Positions 51,834 through 62,399 of a stretch of 64,000 nucleotides of DNA are shown here, one piece after another. The notes below the pieces were generated by a model. That model saw only the letters and a list, made by a program, of their open reading frames with translations, was not told the origin of the DNA and did not search any database. Source of the stretch: Narcine bancroftii (Eukaryota); the NCBI RefSeq assembly GCF_036971445.1, contig NC_091476.1, positions 33,232,001 to 33,296,000 of the forward strand, written 5' to 3'. The position numbers and the translations under genes were made by a program. Numbering within the stretch: position 1 is the first letter of the stretch; each line of letters opens with the position of its first letter.

Positions 51834-52750
51834 GAAATGGTGCAGCCGAGATAGGTAAACTGGTTGACCGTTTTGAGTTTTGTGTGCCCGATGGAGATGT
51901 GGGGGGGCTGGTAGTCATGGTGGGGAGCTGGCTGATGGAGGACCTCAGTTTTCTTCAGGCTGACTTCCAGGCCAAACATTTTGGCAGTTTCCGCAAAGCA
52001 GGACGTCAAGCGCTGAAGAGCTGGCTCTGAATGGGCAACTAAAGCGGCATCGTCTGCAAAGAATAGTTCACGGACAAGTTTCTCACAAAGATAAGCGTAT
52101 ACAGAGCCATTGTCATACCCACACTCCTGTTCGGCTCCGAATCATGGGTCCTCTACCGGCACCACCTACGGCTCCTAGAACGCTTCCACCAGCGTTGTCT
52201 CCGCTCCATCCTCAACATCCATTGGAGCGCTTACATCCCTAACGTCGAAGTACTCGAGATAGCAGAGGTCGACAGCATCGAGTCCACGCTGCTGAAGATC
52301 CAGCTGCGCTGGATGGGTCTTGTCTCCAGAATGGAGGACCATCGCCTTCCCAAGATCGTGTTATATGGCGAGCTCTCCACTGGCCACCGTGACAGAGGTG
52401 CACCAAAGAAAAGGTACAAGGACTGCCTAAAGAAATCTCTTGGTGCCTGCCACATTGACCACCGCCAGTGGGCTGATAACGCCTCAAACCGTGCATCTTG
52501 GCGCCTCACAGTTTGGCGGGCAGCAACCTCCTTTGAAGAAGACCGCAGAGCCCACCTCACTGACAAAAGGCAAAGGAGGAAAAACCCAACACCCAACCCC
52601 AACCAACCAATTTTCCCTTGCAACCGCTGCAATCGTGTCTGCCTGTCCCGCATCGGACTGGTCAGCCACAAACGAGCCTGCAGCTGACGTGGACTTTTTA
52701 CCCCCTCCATAAATCTTCGTCCGCGAAGCCAAGCCAAAGAAAGAAAAAAG
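51834..52750 (+). mobile_element. Young RTE copy 5, 5'-inverted
   Basis: Inverted part 51832-52084, sense part 52082-52750; TSD AACTATTTGAAT at 51822-51833 and 52751-52762. Confidence 0.95.
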
Positions 52751-53348
52751 AACTATTTGAATAGACATACAACTTAAAGAAAGAAAACTTTTCCTGGGCA
52801 GCATTATTCATTATAGTTTCAGTATAAACTTAAGGTGAAACTTAAACAAGAGTTAAATCTTATGTAACATTATATTTTTGTTCTCACGGTTCTGACTTTG
52901 GAGCAAATTGCAATTTTTTGAACATTTTTAAGAAATATAATGAAGGGGTGTATCCTTGAAATGGTCAACAGTACCTCCATATGATATTAATGGGGCCACT
53001 TTCCTCATTTAATAAACACTTGTGGTTAGTAATGCAACAGCTTCATGTCTTCTGTGTCTTGACCTGTACCTGCACCAAGTGGGGATTGATACACCTGCTT
53101 CAAAACTGTTCCTTTTGTTACTCAAAATATTTACACAGGACCTGATGCATTTAGGATAAATGCTTTGCACTGTCGTGGATTGTTTATAAAGTAGCTACAA
53201 CAAGGAATTTACCATCATATTATATTATTTTGATGCTCTGTACTGAATGTTGGAATGATTCAGCTATATGTTTGAGCTCCATAAGCATGTGGGAACTACA
53301 GCTGTGCTACCAATGGTTTGTTGTCCCAAGCTAGTCTATATCACCTCC

Positions 53349-53445
53349 CATATAACCATAGAACCATATAACCATTTACGGAGCGGAAACAGGCCATGTT
53401 GGTCTTTCGAGTCCGCACCGGTTCACTGATTTTGTGCGTCCTGTT
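53349..53445 (-). mobile_element. Very short young CR1-type 3' tail insertion
   Basis: (ACCATA[G/T]A)n octamer tail followed by GGAAACAGGCCATGTTGGTC; CpGs retained. Confidence 0.6.
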
Positions 53446-54124
53446 CTTCTTCTTCTTCTTAACCATAGTCTCAATATCTCTTGAAAACCAAGGTTCCATA
53501 CACCTTCCTTACATCTTGCCTTCTAATGTCGCTGTGAAAACAGGGAGAGATCCTCCAGCATTTCTGTGTGTTTTTACTTCCGTATTTCATTAAATTAAAC
53601 TACTTTTTTCTTAATTTGCAGTTTTCTTTTAGTTTTAGTTCCTCTTTCCCAACTTGTTTTACATTTATACAGTATGGCTATTCTAAAACTGAAAGGAAGA
53701 AGCTTCTATCTCAGTAAAATTTCCTTCTGTGATGGGATAAGAGGACTTGAGTAAAAATATTAAAGAGTTTTAAAAAGATTTAAAAGATGAGAAAGCTTCT
53801 CTTTCTCAAGTTGCTGGAAATATGGGCAAACTACAAACTCTCATCCAAGAATCACAGCTCCAAAATTAAGGACCTGGAAACAGCTGTTGAAGTTCAAGAT
53901 TCCCTGCTGGATGATATACAACATAATAATCTGGAACTAAGAAAATTTAACGACTTATTATTGAAGACAAACAAGAATTGATGAAAGTTGTGATCACAAA
54001 TATAGTATCCATTTTTTCATTGGACTTCCTTGTTGATGATATTGAGGTATACAAAAGACTGCACAAAGGGACAGACAAGTCCATCACATGCACTAACCTC
54101 CCATCCTTTTGAAGACATCTACAA

Positions 54125-54810
54125 GATTATAAGATGTAAGAGCAGAATTAGGCTATTCAGCCTATTGAGTTTGCTCTCCTTTCAAATTTTCTCCTCAACC
54201 TCATTCTCCTGCCTTCTCCCCATCACCTGATCAAGAACTGGTCACTCCCCACTTTAAATGTAATCAGTGACTTGGCTTCCACAGCTGTCTGTGGCAATGA
54301 ATTCCATTGATTCACCACCCTCTGACTGAAGAAATTTCTTCTTATCTCTGTTCTACAGGGATGTACTTCTTATTTTGAAGCTGTGCCCTCTGGTTCTCAA
54401 GTCTCCCATGACTTCTTTCTTATTGTAAAGGGTGCTGATCAATACTAATTGTGACTCTGCCTTATGGCAGGCAGAAGGCAATTTTGTGCAGAATTATGTT
54501 TGCTTTACTATTACTTTACAATAATGAAATCTTGATTCTTGATGGGAAACATATTCTCCACATCTACTCTATCCAGCCCTTTCAAAACAAAATTCAATTA
54601 GTTTCAATGTTTCAACCTTCCAAACTGCAGTGAGTCCAGGGACAGAGCTCTAAAATGCTTCTCATACATAAACCCTCTCAACCCTAGGATAATATTTCCC
54701 AACCTCTTCTGGACCCACTTCAACACCAGCACATCCTTCTTTAGATATGAGGTCCAAAACTGCTCACAATAATTCAAATACAGTTTGATCAATTCCTTAT
54801 ATAAAAAAAT
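54125..54810 (-). mobile_element. CR1 3' fragment with an internal foreign segment (~54410-54540)
   Basis: LNYCEQFWTSYLKKDVLVL; tail at 54125. Confidence 0.75.
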
Positions 54811-54819
54811 AAGCACCTT

Positions 54820-55230
54820 GTTGAGGTGCTTCTTCAAGAAGGCAGACAAAATTTTAACAGACCCCCTCACCCTTGATTTCTCACTCTGGTACTTTTAAGT
54901 AGAAGGTACACAAGCCTGAAGTCAGTTCAAGAACAGTTTTTTTCCCCAAACAGCTACCAGTCTCTTGTACCTCCTCATATCACCTGAACAAATATACAAC
55001 AATGCCACCAAAGAGATATCTCACTACCAACACAACATAATTTTTCATAACTGGCCAAGTGTGAATATTTATTTATTATTCATTTTTGTTTCTCTTCTCT
55101 TTACATTTTTTTTCTTCACGGCACTTCAGTGTGAATTCTACTTGTGTTGAGGATAGTGTGTTTTACTTAACTAGAAAACAAGGGGGAATTATTGCATTTG
55201 TACACTGTACATGACAGCAAAATGCCATTT
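54820..55230 (+). mobile_element. Rex-Babar 3' fragment
   Basis: RCFFKKADKILTDP, AGAAGGTACACAAGCCTG, TTCAAGAACAG. Confidence 0.55.
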
Positions 55231-55864
55231 ATTTATTCAATCATTCATCATAAATTAAGGTCTAGTTAGTGTTAATGGTGAAGAATACTAGCTTTCTTCC
55301 TTTATATCAAATTGGACCAAAGCTTGGGAACTTGCTGTAATATAATTGTTATCCATTTACATTGAATGAATTTTCCAATCCGTTGGCTGCATCAGAAAAT
55401 TGGCATTCCAGATTAACACATTTCAAACAAACTGCTGCTATATTGATCTTTATCTCAATGTCTCATCACAAATTTTTACTTTAACTTTGAAATCAATGCT
55501 TTTTTTTTCTAATTGTAGCTAATGGCACATTGATCTGATTGTCTACTGGCCAACAGTGATCCCTGTCCTCTTACTACTGTACTTCTGAACCTGGATGAGT
55601 AGGAATCTCAAAGGTCTGAATAAATACCAACAATTCTGTCTCTGCACAAATCACTAAACTTCTCTCCAAGAATAAGGCAACCATTTCAATGTCCTCTTTC
55701 AGGACAAAATCCCCAGTCTGGAGATCTTGATTACAATCCATTGGCTGCATGGGTCATTGATCTCACATCTTACACCAAATGTTTGAGACAGGCACTCTAT
55801 TTCAAACTCTTGATAGATGCTCAATGGAAAAGATTCAAGGATATATTCAAAATTTCCTCAAAAA

Positions 55865-56590
55865 ATAAAACATCGAACAGTGCAGCACAGGAAAACTCTC
55901 TTTGGCTCACAATGTCTGTGCTGGCCATGATGTCTGTTTAATCTCATCTGCATCAATATGGACTCTGTGCCTCCAACCCTAACCCCACCCCCAACAATTC
56001 ATCTCTAGGTGTCTCTGAAAATTTGCTATTGTATCTGCTTCCTCCACTTCCCCTGCAGTGTCCTCACCACTTTCTGCAAAAAGAAAAGCCTCACAAATCT
56101 CCTTTAAATTTTCTCCCTCTCACATTAAACCTATGCCCACTAGTACATGACATTTCTATCCTGGGGTTGGGTGGAAGATATTTGCTCTCTACCCTTTTTT
56201 TTCCTCACATAATTTTATGTTTGGTCATCCTTCAGTCTCCAATGTTCCAGTCCAAAGAAAACAATTAATGTTTTCCAACCTCCCCTGCGAGCTAATACTC
56301 CCTCATCCAGGCGACATCCTGGTGAATGTCTTTTGTAACCTCTCTAAAACCTTCACTTCCTTTCAGTAATGCAGCAATCAGATCTGCACACAATTCTTCA
56401 ACTGTATCCAAACCCAAGTTAAACAATTATGCCAAACACCTTCTGCATGTATTGTCACTTTCAAGGACCTATGGACTGGCACCAAAGACACTTCTGTACA
56501 TCAATCCTCCTAAAGGTCTTTCCTTTTATTGTCTGGTTCCCTTTTAAATTTGACCTCTCAAAGTGTAACACCTCACATTTCATGTAACTC
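55865..56590 (-). mobile_element. Old CR1 3' fragment
   Basis: Tail ACAGTGCAGCACAGGAAA and CATCCAGGCGACATCCTGGTGAAT (FTRMSPG on the minus strand). Confidence 0.65.
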
Positions 56591-56659
56591 ATATCAACTA
56601 AAATATTTCCCAGTGTAAGTGTTGAAAGAATAGCTAAATACTTTAAATACCTTAGCGCA

Positions 56660-57340
56660 TCTCAAGGAGGAAGTCAGGGAAATACAACCCAGTCCTCATC
56701 AAGGGCTCACTAGTGGAGAGAGTCAAGAAAATCAAATTCCTGGGTGTCAACATCTCTGAGGATCTGTCCTAGAGCCTCCATGTGGATGTAATCACAAAGG
56801 CTCACCAGCAGCTATACATTGTGAGGTGTCCAAAGAGATTCGCTATGGCACTGAAGAATCACAAAAACTTCTACAGGTGTACCATGGAGAGCATTCTGGC
56901 TGGTTGCATCAGTGCCTGTTATGGACATGCCAACTCCCAAAGCAAGAATAAATTCCACAGGGGATGTTAACCCAGCCTGCGACATCACAGGCACCAGACT
57001 TCACTCCATCTAGGACATCTACATGAGGTGGTGTCTTAAAAAAGTAGCCTCTATCCTCAAGGACACCCACCACCCAGGCCAAGTCCTCTTTACTTAGCTA
57101 CCATCACGAAGAAGATACAGGAGACTGAAAACAAGCAATTGGCGGCATAAGGACAGCTTCTTCCCCACTTCCATCAGATTCCAGAATAATCATTGAACCA
57201 AAGACACTAACTTACTTTTCGTGCACTGTTATTTTTAGTTTTTATAGTAATGTTATAATATGAATGTTTGCATTATGATGCAGCCACAAAACAGAAAATT
57301 TCATGACTTGTTCATGACAATAAATTCTAATTCTGATTTG
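56660..57340 (+). mobile_element. Rex-Babar LINE 3' fragment
   Basis: KFLGVNISEDLS, KAHQQLY, NFYRCTMESILAGCI, HHPGQ; tail GACAATAAATTCTAATTCTGATT. Confidence 0.85.
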
Positions 57341-57618
57341 TAAATTTTCTGAAGGAAAAGTCTTTTAATTTTACTCACTGCAACATGGAATATTTACCTA
57401 ACCTTCCATATTTATGTCTCTTTTTTTCTGTCGAGTCATACTGTGGGGTTTTTTAATTGCTATAATTGTTGTGTATCACTTTGGCTGCAGTATGCAATAA
57501 TCTCAATGCCTTTGTGCATTGTGCTTTATGTACATGAGAATAAATTCTTATTTCATCTCAAATAAACAAATAAACTGCTTCAAACACTCTCCAGCCAGAT
57601 GGCATTAACATTGACTTT

Positions 57619-57924
57619 TGGATAGGTGTGTGGTTATCCACTTTGGAGGAAAGAATGGGAGGGCTGAGTGCTATCTTAATGGTATCCAATTAGGAAAAGG
57701 GGAGATGCAAAGAGATCTGGGTGTCGCTGTGCATCAGTCATTAAAAGTGGGCAAGCAGGTGCAGCAAGCAGTAAAAAAGGCGAATGGTATGTTGGCGTTC
57801 ATATCAAGAGGATTCGAGTCCAGGAGCAGGAGCAGAGAGGTATTGATGGATTGTATAGGGCCTTGGTGAGACCTCACCTGGAGTATTGTGTTCAGTTTTG
57901 GTCTCCTTATCTGAGGAAGGACAT
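57619..57924 (+). mobile_element. Internal CR1 fragment, near-identical to 60510-60809
   Basis: By eye, 3 substitutions plus a 6-bp duplication relative to 60510-60809; lacks the 3' tail. Confidence 0.92.
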
Positions 57925-58220
57925 TCACCCTCCCTCTCCTTCTCCCTGTCAGCTATCCACCCCCTTCCCTCTCTATCCACCTAGCCCCCGCTCCTCCCCT
58001 GGCTTGCTGCTGTGTCCTCCCTCTCTTCTCCACCTATTACCTCCTGCCTTTGCGATCACACCTTCCCCTCTTAATCTTTTATTACAATGCCTAGCAACAT
58101 TTTTCCATACCTTGATGAAGGGCTTAAGCCCGAAATGTCAGTTATGTATTTTTATCTTTGCTGTATAAATAACACTGTTTGACCTGTTGAGTTTGCCAAC
58201 ATCGTGTTTTTACCTCAGAT
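57925..58220 (+). mobile_element. Penelope-like terminal repeat
   Basis: C/T-rich region, hammerhead motif, then CTGTTTGACCTGTTGAGTTT...GTGTTTTTAC. Confidence 0.75.
58106..58147 (+). ncRNA. Minimal type I hammerhead ribozyme motif (decayed variant)
   Basis: CATACC-TTGATGA-A-GGGC TTAA GCCC-GAAA-TGTC-AGTTATG: core boxes, helix II hairpin, GUC site and partial helix I pairing. Confidence 0.7.
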
Positions 58221-58890
58221 ACTTTGGTGCATGAAAACTATCTTCAGAACATCATACTCTGCTCTTAGACTCAATGGTGAGTCTATAGTGGTCCAGTCTC
58301 AATACCTGTCCACCTGACTATTTCAGATTCTTGTGTTTAGAAGTGATAATGCACAATTAGTGAAATTATTGATTTAAAATTTACTCTAATCATAATCACT
58401 CCAGCAACAGCATTTAAACGCATCCAATTTCTACTTATATCCTCAAAGCAAATTGAATGCAACTTTATATGGTAGTTTACAAACAGTGAGATATCTAAAA
58501 TGTTCTTGAAATGTGATAACAAGTCTATTTTCAGCCAATTTACCTGTCCCTTGTATGTTGATAATTTTGTATTGCTTGATTTCATCAGGAAAAAATTAAT
58601 GATTTTTCTATGTCAATCATGCAAAATACCTTTTGCCTGATCTCAAAGCCAATTACCTAAAACACCGTTTCAATAAATATTTAGTTTCTTGAACTAAAAA
58701 AAACATATAAGCCTTTGGACAGTTGGGTAGGCAACAGTTGAAAGTTATAGTCTATGTTCTGTTGGCTAAAGGGCAATAATGTGATCTTTATTAAATTCTG
58801 AATATATTCTGTGTGAGACTGAAAAGATCATATCTCTGCTGAATAATTCATTCATCTCAAATACTGTCACAACCTGGGTGTGACTCATAA

Positions 58891-61328
58891 CGATTTCTTA
58901 GAAGATATACAGAATAATTTTCTAACCCAGTATGTTGAAGAACCAATGAGGGAACAGGCCATTCTAGACTGGGTTCTGAGTAAGGAGGAAGGGTTAGTTA
59001 ACAATCTTGTTGTGCGAAGCCCTTTGGGCAAGAGTGACCACAATATGGTGGAATTTTACATTAGGATGGAAAGTGGCAGGATTAATTCTGTAACTCAGGT
59101 TCTGAACTTAAAGAAGGATGACTTTGAGGGTATGAGATGCAAATTGATTAAGTTAGATTGGCAAATGTCACTTAAAGGATTAACTGTAGAAAGGCAATGG
59201 CAAGAATTTAAGAATCACCAGGATGAAATACAGCGTTTGTTCATCCCGGTTTAGGAAAAGAATAAATCAAGGAGGGTATTACATCCTTGGATAACAAGGG
59301 AAATCAGGGAGAGTATCAAGTGTAAAGAGGAAGCGTATAGACTAGCCAGGAAAGACAGAAAACCAGAAGATTGGGAGAAATTCAAAGTTCTACAGAGGAA
59401 GACAAAGGGATTAATCAGGAAAGGCAAAAGAGATTATAAGAGAAAGTTGGCAGGGAACATAAAAAATGACTGCAAAAGTTTTTATAGATATGTAAAGAGA
59501 AAGAGACTAGTAAAGACAAATATGGGTCCCTTGCAGTCAGAAACAGGTGAATTGGTCATGGGGAACAAGGACATAGCAGACCAATTAAATAACTACTTTA
59601 GTTCGGTCTTCACTAGGGAAAATATGAATAATCTTCAGGAAATAATAGGGGACCATGGGGCTAATGTGATGGAAGGACTGGGGAAAATAAGTGCAAGATA
59701 TGAGGTTGAGTTGGATAAATTGAAGGGATTAAAGGCAGACAAGTCCCCAGGGCCAGATGGTCTGCATCCCAGAGTGCTAAAGGATGAAGCCCATGAAATA
59801 GTGGATGCATTGTTGATAATTTTTCAAAACTCTTTAGATTCTGGAGTAGTTCCTGAGAACTGGAGGGTGGCTAATGTAACTCCACTTTTTAAAAAGGGAG
59901 GGAAAGAGAATCAGGGAATTATAGACTGGTTAGTTTGACATCGGTAGTGGGGAAAATATTCGAGTCATTTATTAAAGATGTGATTGCGGCACATCTGGAA
60001 AGTTGTGAATTCGTTGGTCAGAAGCCAGCATGGTTTTATGAAGGGAAAATCGTGTCTGATTAATCTTATTGAATTTTTTGAGGATGTAACTAGTGGAGTG
60101 GATAGGGGAGAACCAGTGGATGTGGTTTACCTGGATTTTCAGAAGGCTTTTGATAAGGTCCCACATAGGAGATTACTATACAAACTTATGGCACATGGTA
60201 TAGGGGATATGGTACTGAGGTGGATAGAGAATTGGTTGACAGATAGGAAGCAAAGAGTAGGAATAAACGGGTACGTTTTGGAATGGCAGTCAGTTACTAG
60301 TGGGGTATCACAAGGCTCAGTGCTGGGACCCCAGTTATTTACGATATATATTAATGATTTAGATGAGGACATAGAAAACAGCATTTCCGAGTTTGCAGAC
60401 GACACAAAGCTGGGTGGGATTGTAAGCTGTGTAGAGGCTGTTAAGAGTGTGCAGGTTGAGTTGGACAGGTTGGGTGAGTGGGCAAATGAATGCCAGATGC
60501 AATATAATGTGGATAGGTGTGTGGTTATCCACTTTGGAGGAAAGAATGGGAGGGCTGAGTGCTATCTTAATGGTATCCAATTAGGAAAAGGGGAGATGCA
60601 AAGAGATCTGGGTGTCGCTGTGCATCAGTCATTAAAAGTGGGCAAGCAGGTGCAGCAAGCAGTAAAAAAGGCGAATGGTATGTTGGCATTCATATCAAGA
60701 GGATTTGAGTCCAGGAGCAGAGAGGTATTGATGCATTGTATAGGGCCTTGGTGAGACCTCACCTGGAGTATTGTGTTCAGTTTTGGTCTCCTTATCTGAG
60801 GAAGGACATGGGCTTCATTGTCATGGAGAAAGTGCAGAAAAGGTTGACCAGATTGATACCAGGGATGGTGGGACTTGCATATGAAGAAAGGCTAGAAGGA
60901 CTGGGCTTGTACTCGCTGGAGTTTAAACGATTAAGAGGAGATTTAATAGAAACATTCAAAATTCTTAAGGGATTTGACAGGCTAGATGCAGGAAGATTGT
61001 TCCCAATGTTGAGCAAGTCTAGAACCAGGGGTCACAGTTTAAGGATAAAGGGGAAGTCCTTTAGGACTGAGATGAGGAAGAATTTTTTCATTCAGAGGGT
61101 GGTGAATTTATGGAATTCTCTGCCACAGGAAGTCATTGAGGCTGGTTCCATAGATATATTTAAGAGAGAGTTAGATTTAGTACTTGTGACTAGGGGAATC
61201 AGGGGGTATGGAGAGAGAGCTGGAACAGGGTACTGAGTGGATGATCAGCCATGATCAAAATGAATGGTGGTGTAGGCTTGAAGGGCCAAATGGCCTACTC
61301 CTACACCTATTTTCTATGTTTCTATGTT
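58891..61328 (+). mobile_element. 5'-truncated CR1, same family as 20395-24722
   Basis: Collinear ORF2 (SDHN, KSPGPDG, FADDTKL, ...GTGY-stop at 61236) and TTTCTATGTTTCTATGTT tail. Confidence 0.95.
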
Positions 61329-61530
61329 AACTGTTACATAGCTTACCTGAGATTGTTATTTAATATTAGCTCCTCTTGATCACCTCCTCAATCTGGAGAT
61401 AAAAACCTTCATGCTAATTTTTTTCAGATTTCTAACATGTGAGAAAAGGCCAATTCTGGAGAATAACATTTTGGATTCCAAACCATCAAACTGGAATAGA
61501 GTTTGATACTTATCAGGGTAGGCATTTTCT

Positions 61531-61571
61531 CATACCTTGATGAAGGGCTCAAGCCTGAAATGTCAATTATG
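61531..61571 (+). ncRNA. Minimal hammerhead ribozyme motif (decayed)
   Basis: CATACC-TTGATGA-A-GGGC TCAA GCCT-GAAA-TGTC-AATTATG. Confidence 0.65.
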
Positions 61572-61596
61572 TATTTTTATCTTTGCTCCATAAAGG

Positions 61597-61947
61597 GTGA
61601 TCGGCAATTAAACCGGCCCCCCTGCCAGGCTAAACACCCTGCAGGATGAAAAACAAGGCCTGTTAAAGGGCAGACAAACATGCCATGAAGCACAGAAAGG
61701 GCATCCAATGTACTGAGTCTTGGCCTGGCCACTCTCTGCAACAGAACTTACCCCAGCCACCTCGCACCTCACCATGCCACTGGATCCGGGAGGAATTGTC
61801 AAGAGGGTTGGTCTACACCTGTGCAACCTTCTACTTACCTAAATCCATTCTCGCACATGCTGTTCCTTTCAAAGGAGTGAGGTATCCTATGAAACCCCAC
61901 AAACTGACTGAAAGGAGCCATCATCATGTTATGGGGTGAATAGGCAT
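61597..61947 (+). mobile_element. Short non-coding retroposon, probably non-autonomous RTE-type
   Basis: Imperfect TSD CATAAAGG (61589-61596) and CATAATGG (61948-61955), (CAT)n-like 3' end, GC-rich, no tRNA head. Confidence 0.6.
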
Positions 61948-62399
61948 CATAATGGATGCTGTTTACCAGCTAAGCTTCTCCAGAATTTTGTGTTTTTACT
62001 TGATATTTATCAGCTTTAGGGGTAGGGAACACTCAAACAGGTAAGGTTTGATTTTGATCCCACTGGGAAATTAGATTGCTATGAAAGCAGTAAAAGTTAA
62101 AGTTAAGATTGATTGTAAATGTACTTACATGACATCACATACAACTCTGAGATTCTTTTTCCTGTGAGTCAGGCAAAATTTCAATTGGTAATTGTAAATT
62201 GTATTAAAGAAAAACAATGTATACAAAAGAGAAATGCAAACAAAGACATTTTGAGCAGACGTATGGCACCAGGCTCTTCAAGCCTGAATCTAGATTAAAG
62301 AGTTCACATTTGAAACATTGTCCATTTTTCTTCCACTTATGCTGCTCAACCCACTGTTTCTCTGGCAGGTTGTTTGTTGCAGATTCCAACAACCACAGT

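Larger units (their letters stand above)
61520..62000 (+). mobile_element. Penelope-like terminus split by a 350-bp insertion
   Basis: 61520-61596 plus 61956-62000 rejoin into the motif seen at 37365-37432. Confidence 0.75.

Noticed and set aside
34142-52804. Recurrent antisense and alternative-frame ORFs (MVPATLTT..., MHGLRRYQ..., AWLRGRRF...)
   Set aside because: They recur only because they are shadow frames of the same RTE 3' end.
53670-53990. Coiled-coil-like ORF
   Set aside because: Frameshifted and without diagnostic motifs; possibly an old L1 ORF1 remnant but not supportable.
61428-61517. Plus-strand exon-like segment
   Set aside because: Stops in all three frames and a weak donor.
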